This document shows, piece after piece, positions 1 to 14,259 of a stretch of DNA of 64,000 nucleotides (position 1 is its first letter; each line of letters opens with the position of its first letter). The translations under genes were made by a program, and so were the position numbers. The notes beneath the pieces were generated by a model. That model saw only the letters and a list, made by a program, of their open reading frames with translations, did no database searches and had not been told where the DNA came from. Source of the stretch: Eledone cirrhosa (Eukaryota); assembly GCA_964016885.1 (NCBI GenBank), contig OZ024740.1, forward strand, positions 134,478,001 to 134,542,000, read 5' to 3'.

Positions 1-170
1 CATATATATATAAAGAGAGAGAGAGAGAGAGAGAGATCTGCGCGTTCTTTGTTGTTCTCCATTCTGTAGCGGAAGAGAGAAAGAGAGGGGGTATGAGTCA
101 GAGAGAGAGAGAAAGAGAGAGAGAGGGTAAGGGTATGAGAAAAAAGGGAGAGGGGTTGGGAAAGAAAGAA

Positions 171-221
171 AGTTTAAGCAAAGAATCGCTGCTTTCAACA
201 TTAACGGGATCTTCTGAAACT
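171..221 (-). ncRNA. Type I hammerhead ribozyme-like motif, repeat family B (degenerate copy)
   Basis: Minus strand reads AGTTT-CAGAAGA-tcccgttaatgtt-GAAA-GCA-gcgattctt-TGC-TT-AAACT. Stem I is AGTTT/AAACT and stem III is GCA/TGC. The core has U4>A and stem II is decayed in this copy. Confidence 0.5.
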
Positions 222-527
222 AAAAAATTCAATCTGTCAACGCAGAATTAAATATTTCGAGAAACGTTGCAGCCGAAGGAAAACAGGAAGACAATATTTT
301 GGTTCGTGAAGACGTTCCGTGGTAATGAACGGAAAAAAAGCGAGGATAATACGTCGTTATGTGGACCGAGAAGAACATTTTCATGCAAAGACAAGACCAA
401 GTTTATGGTGTAAATGGAGTCGTTAGACTAATATTCTATTTAAAATAACTGAATGATTTCCAGCCCCGGAGTTTAAGAATGATGTAAATAAAATTGTAAA
501 CGAAAATGACAGAGGTTATTAAAATAG

Positions 528-640
528 TTGTTTCTACTTTTGGCACAAGGCCAGCAATTACCCAGTACATTACTGGTACTTTATTTTATCGACCCCGTAA
601 GGATGAAAGGCAAAGTTAACCTCGACGGGATTTTAACTTT
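528..640 (-). mobile_element. 3' part of the abundant tRNA-derived SINE (family S1)
   Basis: Reverse complement of the motif gaggttaactttgcctttcatccttacggggtcgataaaataaagtaccagtaatg, which recurs about 20 times in the window. Confidence 0.8.
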
Positions 641-779
641 GCCTTAAAATAGTCAAAGTAAATAGTGAAGATTTAGGCCAGTACATACGTATGCGCTGAC
701 GGACATACACATACATATACATACGCACACACAAATACATACACACACACAAACACACGTGCGCGCGCGTGTTTGTGAG

Positions 780-1211
780 TAAACCTTATGCATTTCTACA
801 GTATTTTCATCAAACTTAAGACATAGGTTACTTATGTACTCCGGATGGTCATGGGCACTTTCATTTTTCCAGATATTGATTATAGGGCCTCCCGGCAGAT
901 AACCCCCTTTAACCACTTCCTTGGAGTCGACTGAAGAACTGCAGTGCAATGCAACAAAACGTCATAACTTCTGGAGTTCGCAACCGATTTTCACAAAACT
1001 TGACACATGGGCTACGTTTGTTCTATAGATGAATCTGAATTCTCAGAATTGGCACATATTGAGTAGGGGACCCCTGGGGGCAGGAACCCCCTTTTGGAAA
1101 AAGCCGATGATTTTGTAAAAGTATAGTTTTCGAAGTAGCACTGAAGTATTGACATAAATGGTATACATAACTGCTATTTAATACCCGAGCAACGCCGGGT
1201 ACCTCTGCTAG
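780..1211 (+). mobile_element. Non-autonomous Helitron-like element, 3' portion
   Basis: Ends with hairpin tacccg-agcaacgc-cgggta followed by cctctg-CTAG|T, the canonical Helitron 3' terminus. The same terminus occurs on the minus strand at 32022. The left boundary is approximate. Confidence 0.6.
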
Positions 1212-1219
1212 TTAATAAT

Positions 1220-2450
1220 ATACCAATAACTAAAATAAATATTGATAGAAAAAAGGACTTAGAACGTGAAGTAGAGTCAAGTTTATTTAAAAACTGAATT
1301 GTGACTTCGAAGTGATGTTTGTGTCGTTTGTTGTTAATATAGCAAAAATATATTACAGACATGACATTGTTCTATAAGTGGAGAGAAATTACGTTTTTAT
1401 TTTGGATATGCTTGCTTACTATACCTAATTCTGTTTTAGCGGTGTTAATTAACCTGCATTTAGGATTATTAGAAAAAATTAAGTTCGGGGTTTTTTTTTA
1501 AGTAAGCTGTAGTGTGCTTAGGCTTAAAAGTTTTACTCGGTCGTCTATAATAAGGTTTTTAGCAATTTCTTAAGCTTTAGTTTTATGGAGTTTATGCCTA
1601 AGTTTAAAGTCTGTCTCCAGCACGAAGGCTCATCAGGCCAGTGTTTATCCAGGTTTCTCTGGCGTTAAGTGACTGAGAGTACAAGACTCCCTCTGAACAA
1701 AACGCCAGTTCATCGCACGGTTAAATCCCCAGCTATTGCAGGTACTCATTTTTAGCTGAATATACTGGAGCAACGTGAAATGAACTGTTTTGCTCAAGAA
1801 AACAACACACAACCCAGTTCAGGATTCGAACCCATGGCATTATGGTCCAACACCCTTACCACTAGGCAATGCACCTAGATATATGTGCTGGCGCCATATT
1901 CTTTTGTAAATATCAATGATATTGTTATATAATGTGATAAAGATCTTTTGGTAGTTTTCCAATGATATTTGCATTTTCTTGGGGAGGGATGTATGGATGT
2001 TAAATTCGGTTTTAAATAATTTCACTCACTTTACCAAATTTAAAATAGTTGTCTCCAGTGGAACCAATTCTTTGCTCATAGCTTCTTGTTCTAAACCCAA
2101 ACATATTTTCTACTTTCGTTCCGGGTGGACCTTTGTCAATAATATAAGCCAATCTTCTCATATTTTTATAAAATATTCAGATTCTGGGTAAATTCTTTAG
2201 ATGGAATGAAATATTTTGAATGGTAAAATTCAAGGAGTACTGTTTAATATTCATCGACGTTTCCGTCTTATACAATGTTCTGTTATATGAATATGCCTAG
2301 ATAAATGTAAACACTTCAGTGGAAACGAGAAGAAAAGAGCCTACACAGTACTGGAAGAGGGTTATATAATTTATTGGAAGCTGAAATTCACAAATCCTTA
2401 CTCCAAGTTTCTCGTTGCCGAAGATATATTTTTCTTGTCTATTATAACGT
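1220..2450 (-). pseudogene. Old Penelope-like RT relic interrupted by a SINE
   Basis: Minus-strand fragments 'NNPKCRLINTAKTELGIVSKHI' (~1400-1465) and 'ENMFGFRTRSY' (~2080-2115) align by eye with 'RKPSIRLINPTKSDIGRISKKI' and 'KEIFGFNTYKS' of the Penelope-like ORF at 24803-25597. Many stops and frameshifts. Confidence 0.6.
1612..1877 (-). mobile_element. tRNA-derived SINE (family S2)
   Basis: B-box-like gggttcgaatcc, a cttgagcaaaaca..ttcacgttgctccag segment and a GAGCC-TTCG tail. Homologous to the plus-strand copy at 48581-48870. Confidence 0.75.
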
Positions 2451-2667
2451 TTCGTTAATCTTACTTTTTCTATGCTATTGTCCTTTCCATTACTCTCTTT
2501 TTCAAAAAAACACTATATTCTCGGCCAATAATATAGAGTGCTTTTTATGCCATTAAAACATTTCCTCCGATGGTTTATTATATACCAACTATTATACACC
2601 GCTTTCATAATCGTCCGATGATCGGCTACGAGATACACAGAGCAATAATTTGTGTAGTTGTAAATTC

Positions 2668-3328
2668 GTGTGTGCGCGTGTGAGTGTGTGTGAGTGTATG
2701 TGAGTGTGTGTGAGTGTATGTGAATGTATGTGAGTGTATGTGAGTGTATGTGAGTGTATGTGCGAGAGTGTGTGTGTGTGAATGTATTTGTATACGCAGG
2801 TCCGAATATGTGTGTGTACGTGTGTGTGTGAGTGTATGTGAGTGTATGTGAGTGTATGTGCGTGAGTGTTAGTGTGTGTGAGTGTATGTGCGTGAGTATG
2901 AGTGTGTGTGTGTATGTATTTGTATACGCGGGTCCAAATATGTGTGTGTACGTGTGTGTGTTTGTGTGTGAGTGTATGTGAGTGTGTGTGAGAGTATGTG
3001 CGTGTGTGTGTGTATGTATTTGTATGCGCGTGTCCGAATATGTGTGTGTGAGTGTATGTGAGTGTGTGTGCGTGAGTGTTAGTGTCTGTGTGAGTGTATG
3101 TGCGTGAGTGTTAGTGGGTGTGTGAGTGTGTGTGAGTGTACGTGAGTGTATGTGCGTGAGTGTTAGGGTGTGTGTGTGTGTGAGTGTATGTGAGTGTATG
3201 TGCGTGAGTGTTAATGTGTGTGTGAGTGTATGTGAGTGTATGTGTGTGGGTGTTAGTGTGTGTGTGTGTGTATATTTGTATACGCGAGTCCGAATATGTG
3301 TAAATATATGTGAGTGTTTGTGTGTGTG
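2668..3328. repeat. Complex GT-rich minisatellite with a higher-order unit
   Basis: GTGAGTGTAT/GTGT units punctuated by four copies of tatttgtatacgc.ggtccgaatatgtg (~2784, 2917, 3017, 3273). Confidence 0.9.
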
Positions 3329-3834
3329 GAAACTCAGGTACTCAGGTGCCAGAATTACCATCTTGGCCTCACTATTCTAATGTAATGGAAGATATAAAAT
3401 ATACACCAACATTCCTACCCATGAACAAACTTTGACAAACAAAGCACGAATAATAGATTAGCGGGTCTCCCACTAGGAAAATCAGGCAAAAATGAAATAT
3501 TTGTTTCCTAATACAAGTTGAATGTTTGGTGAGGTTACATTTCTTTTTTGTTTTTCGTTTGTTTGTGGTTTTTATTTGTCTTTGTTGTTGTTGTTGTTGT
3601 TTCCTCCATTCTATCAGCAGTGACATTATAACCCATATCTCACCAATCTCTCTAAAAGTAGTCCTTATCTAGAATCTATTTCGTTGAACATATTTCTATC
3701 GGGAGCTTCGAAACGATTCTCAGCAAATAAATTTTCTTTCGGGTGCCTGCCTTCCGTGTACTGCGTGTGGGTGTCTGTTTGTGTGTTTGTGGATATGTAT
3801 CTTGTATGTGCATTTTCTTTCTCTGCACATCTGT

Positions 3835-4880
<1,046 letters not shown>

Positions 4881-5182
4881 GTGCTTGGATGCTAGCATGG
4901 CTGTGAGATTAAGAAATTCTCTTCGCATATCAACGTTATTTCAGGTTCTATCCTAGTGCATGTCACCTTCAGCAAATATTCATAATTTTCTTATGGAATA
5001 TATCATGTAAATACAGTTTAATAAAAAAAGAAAATGAGGAAATTTAGAGTGAGAAGAATGGAGTGTAAAATAGGAAAATATAAAGAAAAAAGCGAAAAAA
5101 GAAAAAAACGGGAAGGGGAGGGAATGGCAAAGACTCTAGTGTCACAGTGGATAGGGGAGGGGAGGATGATTAGGCTCTGGGC

Positions 5183-5480
5183 CTAGGGCGCCGTGGTAGA
5201 GGGTCTGTGCCCCGCGGACAAGACCGCAAAAGCATTCCTGCGTATGAAATTTACGGAACTATGTGAAAGCTGCTCAAGCGGATAGTTTCTGTTATTAGGT
5301 ATTATACTTAATTCGTGGTTCGGTTTGCTGCCACCACCTGGACCAGGAGAGCTTTCAGAAAAGTACACTTTATTGCAAATATTCTGACCAGTTATACTGT
5401 CGGGACATAATTTCCTTTCCCCAATTTTAGAAGCCCTGTAAAAAAGGTCTGCGCCACTGGTTCAGTCGTGTAAAAAGGAA
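5183..5480 (-). pseudogene. CRE-like (RLE) non-LTR retrotransposon 3' relic
   Basis: C-terminus 'IRRNAFAVLSAG' resembles the RGNA motif that ends CRE-type endonuclease domains, and matches the relics at 44340 and 45602. Confidence 0.5.
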
Positions 5481-5586
5481 ATTTTAGTAAACAAATTGTG
5501 TATATCCAAAATATATTTTGTTTGCTGACCGGTGTGTATATCTGTGTTTGCATTTGTGAGTATACGTGTGTGTGTATAACACACCG

Positions 5587-5669
<83 letters not shown>

Positions 5670-6329
5670 GGTTTCTATTTCTAATTCTTTATTATATACG
5701 TATATCATATATGCAGCAACACAGCTCGTCATTTTTCATTTATATATAAATGGAGAATAGGAAAGCTGTGTAGTTGCTAGTTAAGGTAGGCTTAAAATTA
5801 AGAAGAAAGAAAGTTGTCTACTGGGTGTCTCGGATATTTCAACGCATTAAAGACAATATATCTACCCCCAGAGCGTTCAATAACTGGGTAAGTTATTGGG
5901 GAAAGGGAGGAGAGAGGGAAGGAAAATAGAAAGGAAATAGGAAAAAGGGAAGAAAAGAGAAAAACAGCGATAAAAACAACAAATCTGAGAATGTGCGAGC
6001 AACTTCAAGAAAGAAAATCCAGGTTCACAACGGTGCTATGAAGTGTCTACAGTGCGGTGATTGGGAAGAACACAAATCAAGGAAGCATTCCATGATGAGA
6101 TATGTAGTAGGTACATTTAAAATATGTAGTCCCAACGGACGAGCTCTCCATTGGGACTATACCTCTTAACAGTGTGTGTATGCGTGTGTGTCTGTGTTTA
6201 AAACAACGAAATGCTACTAATGCTAGTTAGACAAATCCACCACCACCAACTGACCGTCATTGCATAATGCTAAATGCTAAATAGCTGCCCTCTCCGCTTC
6301 AAGTAAGTGAACATATGCCGTCTACTAGA

Positions 6330-7600
6330 AAAGAACAAGTTGAGTTTCTAGTATGATGAGATGTGATTTGGGGCCTGGCATGGCCGTCAAGTGATAATAT
6401 ATTACGGTTGCAATGTAGGAATTTGCCATCTTTTCGTGAGACTGGTCAACTTGTAGTCTCGTCTCAATTCCTAGTCACATAGAGATCGAAACCCAAGATC
6501 CATTGATAGATGCTGGGTGACATGGACTTGCATTTCCAAATACTGAGTTCCAAGACAGCCAACTTATTTTGATAAGTACATGATCTTGTTACCATCTTGT
6601 ATTTCTTTACTGTGGTACCGACCACATCGATTTCCGAGTTACCTAACAGTATGACAGTTGCATCGTCCGCCTGTGCAGACACGATTCTCCAGTATCCCTT
6701 TAACACAATTAATTTTTGCTGTAGGGTTTTAAGAGCCGATATATAAAAGAGCAATGAGAGGGGCACGATTTTAAACTGGCAATCTAGAAGATGCCCCCGA
6801 ACCAAACCAGTTTCTGGAAACGTTATCTCAACCGGATCCACTTAGAACAGATATTAAGCAGTGATGATTATCTCTGTAAAAAACTTTAATTTTGCCTAAA
6901 TTGACTAGAGCTCCACCGAAAGCAGATATATTAAGAACCTTCGCTACGGAAAGCAGAGGTTGGCCGAGATAGATTTACGGCGAATCGCTCAACAATCCCC
7001 AATTTCTATTTGAGCACTTTGCCAAAACCTTTCTTTGTGCACTTAACATATTTGTGTGCTTGAAATCCTCTCTGGCGACCTACATGTTTGCGTCCTTCCT
7101 CTGAAATACCCCGCCCCTTAGATCACAAAAGGGGGAATATCCAAGTACGTTGCCATTTTGATAGATATCTGTTATGGCAGAGACAAATAATGACATGTAA
7201 ACGTAAAGTTCGGAGAGGAAGCTATATTCTCCTAGCCAAGCACCGTTTCTCTCGTATCTTAACCGCTTTTATTGACTACTTTTAACACTACGACACGCCT
7301 GGTAAAATCGCAACAGATCGAGACTGATATTGAAATTTACTGTCTACATTCTACCACTAACACCAATGAGTCGTTGAAAAATCACACACATCTGCCTGGA
7401 AACAGGTAATACACATCTGTCGTGGTTCGTATCATGCCTCTGCTATGAAGATTCATCGAACGACTTTCGCTCGTTTGTGTAAAAAGCACTTAGTTTATCG
7501 AACACCGTAAAATTTATGCACCATTTTCACTAGCGTGTCAAATGCAATATATTTCCTAACAGCTTATTCTAACTGCCCGTTAGCTACTCTTCCAGCCTTA
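6330..7600 (-). pseudogene. Old degenerate L1/Tx1-clade LINE RT fragment
   Basis: 'VPLSLLFYISALKTLQQKL...SAQADDATVIL...IDVVGTTVKKYKMVT' is homologous to the RT 'CPFSSLLYVLTLEPLLHKL...AYADDVIV...IEAIGTTLREYEAVT' at 12600-12950. Boundaries are approximate. Confidence 0.7.
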
Positions 7601-8477
7601 CTAAACCTTAATAAGGATACGTTGCACAATATAGTCTCTGATATACAAATTCTGAATGGTCATAAGTGGAACACCTTTGATCATAAGTATACTCGATTGG
7701 AGCTGACCTGAAGCTAAACAACAATCTTATCGACTCTAATCTTTCCCTTTAAAGATAACCGTTTTTTTTTTTATAATCGCCCCCGTCAACTTTCATCTAA
7801 CTTAATCGCGATTCTGATTTCTGTAAGCTTTTCGAGTTTCCGTGTTGATCATGTAGATCAAAAAAGATAGTGAATGTAGTCAACTACTTGGAACTGTTGA
7901 CATGTACATTATCCCGACCCAATGGTCGGTGGTCTAACATAAATCTGTATATAGATAAGATCTATTTGTCCTGATACGATTTGTACAAGTCACCATTGCA
8001 TACTCTAGGAAACGAAGTAATGCCTGTCTGGCAGTTAGAGGGAGGTTTGTAAGATATTTACACATTCATGCACTTCACTTCTATTAGTTAAGCCCACACA
8101 ATACTACAGTGTATTGAAGATGTCACTCACTAACACAAACGAGTATAATATTCCAAGGAATGATTCTATACACCTGAACAGTCTGACCACCCGACACCAT
8201 TTTCTAAAAATATGATTTGAGGGAGATTTGGCTGCTATTTCTAATAGGACAAGTGATCACGTAGTGGTTGCTTCAATGGTTCGTATTGTTGTTCCAACTC
8301 GAGCTATTTGTTTGACTGATAGCGGCGCTGTTGGTGGTGGTGGTGGTGGTAACGATACTCATAGGGGTGGCGATGTTGTTACCTTCTCTCCTCTCATCTT
8401 TCCTTTCCGTGGTAGCTTATTATCACGATGCATCCATCCGGATAATAACACTTGTGATTAACAATTTTACCTGCCAT

Positions 8478-8545
<68 letters not shown>

Positions 8546-8794
8546 GTCGCTATCTTTTTGGGGGCAATAATTATTTTTTCATGACCTAAAATTATTTTTT
8601 CTTTAATTATATTTTATTGTTTTGTTGTTTTACAAATAAATTATTACCCGCTGGCCAGTTCCGCAATAAATTGGAAAACAAGAATATGCGATAACAAATC
8701 CCTAATGGAGCAAAATCAACAACACGGTTGAAAAATGTTACAGACCAATTAAACAGAGTAGTGCATTGATTGAAAGTAAGTGTAATCCTTATAA

Positions 8795-9415
8795 TGGTTT
8801 CTAATTTAGGCACAAGGCCAGCAATATTGTGGCATGTGGTCGACTAAATCAACCCCAACTCTTCACTGATATTATTTTAGCAACCCTAGAGGGGATTAAA
8901 TGTAAAGTTGAACGCGGAGTGATTTTAACTCACAACATTGAAAGTCAAAACAAATGCCTCGAAGTATTTTGTCCGACGCTTTTGTCCGACGTTTTGCCAA
9001 GCTAAATAATAATCGGTAGCGCATCGGACACCATGCTTCATGGCATAGAGTTACGTCTTTTTACGTTCTGATTTCAAATCCCACCGAGGTTAGCTTTGCC
9101 TTTCATCCTTGGGCATCGATAAAATAAAGTACCAGTCATGCACTGGGTCGATTTAATCGACTTTCCCCTCCCCTAAAACTGTTGGCCTTGTGCGTAAATC
9201 AGAAACCATTATTATCATCATCAGGCGGTGGATTGGCAGTATCGGTAGAGGGTCGGACGCCATGCTTTCCAGCATAGTTACGTCCCTTAACGATCTGAGT
9301 TCAAATCCCGCCGAGGTTGACTTTGCCTTTCATCCTTACGGGATCGATAAAATAAAGTACCAGTAATGCACTGGGTAATTGCTGGCCTTGTGCCTAGAGT
9401 GGAAACAATTATTAT
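8795..9415. mobile_element. Cluster of three S1 SINE copies (one minus, two plus)
   Basis: Copies at ~8795-9000(-), ~9013-9210(+) and ~9223-9415(+), carrying the ggattggcag/gttcaaatcc promoter-like boxes and the shared cctttcatcc..gtcgataaaataaagtaccag domain. Confidence 0.8.
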
Positions 9416-9424
9416 CATCATTTA

Positions 9425-10900
9425 TTTTTATTTTCCACAAGGTCCGACAAAAGGGGGACCATACAAAAAACAGAAATCGAGTAAACTATATAAATCGAGT
9501 AAACTATATAAATAAGATAACAATAAAATGTATAACAATTAAAATTCCCCAATAGAGGAAGGACCACCCAGAGCTGACTTAAAAACCCAACGATTCCTAA
9601 ATAACCCGACGCTCCAGAAGCATCTTAGGACGGGCGCCCCTCTCCAGATCAGCCAGCCTACAGGCGAATAATCAGAATAGACCCATTCACACGGGCCATC
9701 CTCACAGCATTTACCCACCTTTTAACAAATGTACTGGGGTGGCAGCAGTTCACTCTCCACCCTTACCTTCCTTTCCAAGTGGAACTTGAAAAAGTTGATG
9801 AGGGATTGATCAAAGAGAAAGGTGTCTGTCTTCAGTCATTTCACTCTCATCTCCCCACAACCTCTTTTGCTACAACCACCTGATAGAGGAGAACTGACTG
9901 CCCTTTCCGGCTAAAAAATAGGTGGGGGGGGGCGATCCTCACGATGGACTCGTTCGATAAACGGATCCATCTTACACGTGATAACAGCTGTTCGTCATAA
10001 CTCGAAAAGTCAGTAATGTGCGCATCTCGGACAGGTAAGTCTGATCGCACTTCCGTGCCTATATAGTTTATCTGGAACCAGCAGCACTGCCAAGCGATGG
10101 ATTTTTGGAAGTTATCCATAGTCGCCGGTTCGAAGGTCCTCTGGAACAGACAGGTCAGTTCGATTTCGGTGACGCCCTGAGCCTCACCGAGAGCGTCGTC
10201 GCACTTGCCCACCACTAACCACTGACCTCATTGCCCGAATGGTAGAGAGCAGTGAGTGCCGGGCAACATTCCAGAGGCCAAGCGCTCAGTTTCGGTCTCT
10301 TCTTGGCCCGGGACTCCAGCTTGGTCAAAGGCCAGTCACACAAACGGTGACCACACTTGTTCACCGTTTAAAAGTATCTGAAGATGCCGTAGCCTCACCG
10401 CAAGTCTACGCATCATCAGCCATGCCCATCCCATCCTAGAGGATGCTGGCAGCAGATGGACCTCCTCCCAAATGGAACCTGTCCCTTCCACAAGAAGTTG
10501 AAGAGCAAGCGTTCCAATATGGTGAGGTGCTAACGGGGGCATGACACGACTGTCATGTGGTAATAGATGATGGACTTGATATACGCGTTCGTCATTTCCA
10601 GCCCACGATTAAAGAATAGCTACCCCTCGGCCCATTTCTGGGTTCTTATCCATCTGGAGGTCTGGTTATAACCAGACCCCGGGCAATTTCATCATTCGGT
10701 TAATCCAGCGATTTGGAAGGTGTTCGACACACTCACGGTGGTGTCGTCCACATATGCCGACGCAGCCCTTCCACGACTCGGTTCGAGCGGGATGCCACGC
10801 AACAGCTCTAATTTCCGTAGTAAAGACTCGAGAGTCAATATGTGCAGAAGGGAGGAGAGATGGCCATAACTCTGATAAACAAGGTGTTAGCGGCATGATG
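9425..10900 (-). mobile_element. 5'-truncated degenerate L1/Tx1-clade LINE
   Basis: 'MDNFQKSIAWQC...LSRVRWIRLSNESIVRIAPP' parallels 'MDNFQKSLAWQC...LSRVERILLSAESIVRISPP' of the copy at 11220-16402. Both share the 3' end ccttgtgg..aataaa. Confidence 0.85.
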
Positions 10901-10949
10901 TGGTAGAGAAGCAGAACTCAAAGGAAGTTTCAAATAATAATAATAATGA

Positions 10950-11160
10950 TTATTTCTAAAATAGGCACAATGCCAGCAATTTGGGAGGAAGGCGTTAGAT
11001 TAAATCAATTAAGTCGACCCCAGTGCATTACTGGTGCTTTATTTTATCCACCTCGTAAGGATGAAAGGCAAAGCTAACCTCAGCAGGATTGGAACTCAAA
11101 CCGTAAAGGGCCATAATTCTATGGTGTCCGACGCTCTACCGATATGCCAATCCGACGCCC
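10950..11160 (-). mobile_element. S1 SINE
   Basis: Reverse complement of the S1 consensus. Confidence 0.8.
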
Positions 11161-11186
11161 TAATAATAATAATAATAATGATTTCT

Positions 11187-11219
<33 letters not shown>

Positions 11220-11461
11220 TTTTCTTTATTAACCACAAGGGTTTACATAAAGTAGACATTAAGGACAGTACAGGACAATACAGGACGGTACAAATGGGCA
11301 TTTCTGCGTGTAAAAAAACAGAGGATGTAATAAAATAACAAAGAAAAATTCCCCAATAGGGGGGAGACTTCCGAGGGACATTTGTGGAGAAAGCCCATTA
11401 AAAGACCACAGTGACCCTGACCACCAGGGCAAGTTCCCTCTACCAATTTTCCACCTTTAAT

Positions 11462-14228
11462 TTACAGACACATACTCAGAGTAGGCCCATTCACTCGGGC
11501 CATTCTTGCTTCTCTCACCCATCTTTCAACAAAATGCTGGGAAGAGAGCACTTCCCTCTCTACCCTGACTTTCCTTTTCAAATGAAATTTGAAATAGTTA
11601 ATAAGAGCATCACCGAAGAGGTAAGTGCTCGTCTTCAGCCCTTTCAAACGTGTCCACCATACTATCTCTTTCGCCATGGCCACCAGACAGATAAATACTT
11701 CCTGCCCTTCCCGGCTAAAGGAAGAGGGCGGGGAAATCCTCACGATGGACTCAGCTGATAGCAGGATCCGTTCTACACGTGACAGCAGGTGTTCGATATA
11801 AACCCACAAGTCAGCAGTGCTCGGACACTGGACGAGTGCGTGCAGGACGGTTTCGTCGCCCTGCGCGCATCTCGGACATGCCCGGCTGACGGCACCTCCA
11901 TGCCTGTAGAGTTTATCCCGAACTGGCAAAGCTCCTCGGTAGCACTGCCAGGCCAGGGATTTCTGGAAGTTGTCCATAGGCCCCGGCCCGAAAGTTCTTC
12001 CGAAGAGATTGGCTAGTTGATTTTCGTCGACGCCTAGAGTTTCTCAAAGTACGTCATCGCTCTTCTCCTCCACTAATCCTCAATAGAACGCCAATGTGGA
12101 GTTTCCACCGATCACATTGCCCGATTGGTCGAGGGCTGTGAGCGCCTGAAGACATTCCAGTCTCCAAGCGCTCCCTCTCGGTCTTCGCTTGACCCAGGAC
12201 TGCAGCTCCGTCAAGGAGACGAGCTGAGGAAAGACGCGTCTAGCAAACGGCGACCACACCTGATCACCGTCGAGGAAGAGGTGGAGATGTCGTAGCCTGA
12301 GCGCGTGTCTGCGCATCATCAGCCACGGCATGCCCATCCCTCCACGTAGCGGGTGTTGACAGCAGATGGACCGCCTGACCATCGGAGCGCGTCCCTTCCA
12401 CAAAAAGCGAAAGAGCAAACGCTCCAGCGCAGTCAAGCGGGTCTTAGGACAAGGTACGACGGTCAGGCGGTAGTAGATGACGGACGCGATGTACGCGTTA
12501 GCCACCTCCGCTCGACCTTTCAGGGATAGCTTCCTCTCCACCCATTTCTGGGTGAGAGAAGCCAACCTGCTCGTCAACTAGTCCTAGTTTTTGTCCGTCA
12601 GGAGGTCCGGACCGGGTCAGACCCCTAGCAATTTAACCAGTCCGTCCGTCAAGCGCCCGACGAGGCTGTTGTACGGCATGGAACTGCCTCTCCAGGTGCC
12701 GAGCTGCAGGCCCACTGACATTTCCTGGTTGATCATTGCTCCTGTCACCGCTTCGTATTCTCTTAGTGTAGTGCCGATCGCCTCGATGTGTTTGGCGTTC
12801 GACACCACTACGATGACATCGTCCGCATATGCTTACACGGATCTTCCGCATCCTAGTTCGCGCAGGATCCCCCTCAACGTCTCCAGTTTGTGCAGTAATG
12901 GCTCGAGAGTCAATACGTACAATAGGGACGAGAAGGGACATCCTTGGCGGACCGAGCACATGATGTTGAACGGTTCCGAAAGGTGACCGTTCACTCTCAC
13001 CACAAAGCAGATGTCGCTGTGCATGGCAACGATCCAGCCTCTGAAGACGGGCCCAAAGCCATCCGCCCTCAGGACTGCCGCTAGGTAACGATGGTCGAAC
13101 CTATCGAAAGCTTTCGACTGATCTATATTGATCAAGGACCCACCCGTGCCAGGTACCCTAGCTACCCTCTCTACGATGTATCGCATGAGGTGGAGGTTGT
13201 CGTGGATGGATCTGTCGCGAATGGCGCATATCTGCGCCTCTCCCACCAGACCACCAACGACAAGCGCCAACCTCTTTGCTAGCACCTTGGCCAAAATCTT
13301 GAACTCTGTGTTTTTCTCTATTGCTAAAGTCTTACTAAACCTAATGGACTCTATTCTAATCGCTCTTTTCAGAGCAAACCACCATTTGTTGTTGACGATG
13401 GCCCCCGTCAACGCCCGCTTAACTAGTTCGCTAATCCAGTCTCTGTAGGCCTTGCGCGCTGGTAAGGACATTTAGCTTCCAGTAGCCGGGTCCTCGTCTA
13501 TGAAGCCTATCTAAGTCAAGCACACAGATCACGAATGTTTGGTCCGTGTAGCTGGCTATCTTGAATTGTGGACAGCCTATGCTAGACCTATCTATTTCCC
13601 TACAAAATACTCTATCTAGATATGATCTGGATGACCCTATCCGGTTTGTCCAAGTCCACTTGTCCAAGTCACATTCGAGAAATCCAATCGGTACCTGTCA
13701 GACAGTTCAAAACGCCTGAGCAGGTTGGTGAGGCTCTTGCACCCCCCACCCCTATCCGCTAATCCCACACAGTCCCAGCGTGCATCTAAGATCCCGTTCC
13801 AGTCGCCCACTAACACTAAAGAGCGGGACGTTCCAAGAAAGGTCTCCAGACGCCGGAAGAAATCAGGCCGACCTGCTCCTGTAGTGGCATAGACGGCCAC
13901 TAGCCTGAAAGCTTGCCCGTCTCCGCTGGTCACGTCCAGCACCACTAACTTACCTTCTGGGTCCAGGAAGATGGTCCGTATGGCGAGATCCAAACCTCTC
14001 CGAAAAAGCACAGCAACTCCCCCCCCCCCCCGATCCAGGACGGCTGGGAGATGTGTACACATCGTAGCCGCCGAAGATCGGTGCGAAGGCCCGTGCTTCG
14101 GAGATTCTGGTCTCGCTGATGGCCACTACATCTATGTTTAGTGACCTGAGGTCGTTGAGCAGGTGGCCCTGCTTCCATGACGACCCCAAGCCACGCGCAT
14201 TTATGCTGCCTATTCTGAGTGAGGTCAT
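11462..14228 (-). pseudogene. LINE ORF2: AP endonuclease + reverse transcriptase + C-terminal Cys/His finger (frameshifted, with an internal deletion)
   Basis: APE motifs 'SINARGL', 'AISET', 'VGDWN', 'SYLDRVF', 'YTDQ'. RT motifs 'KILAKVLAKRL', 'DQSKAFDR', 'VRQGCP', 'AYADD'. Finger 'CPRCAQGDETVLHALVQC'. Confidence 0.9.
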
Positions 14229-14259
14229 GTTGAAATGGAGTGGAAAAGATGGGAAAGAC

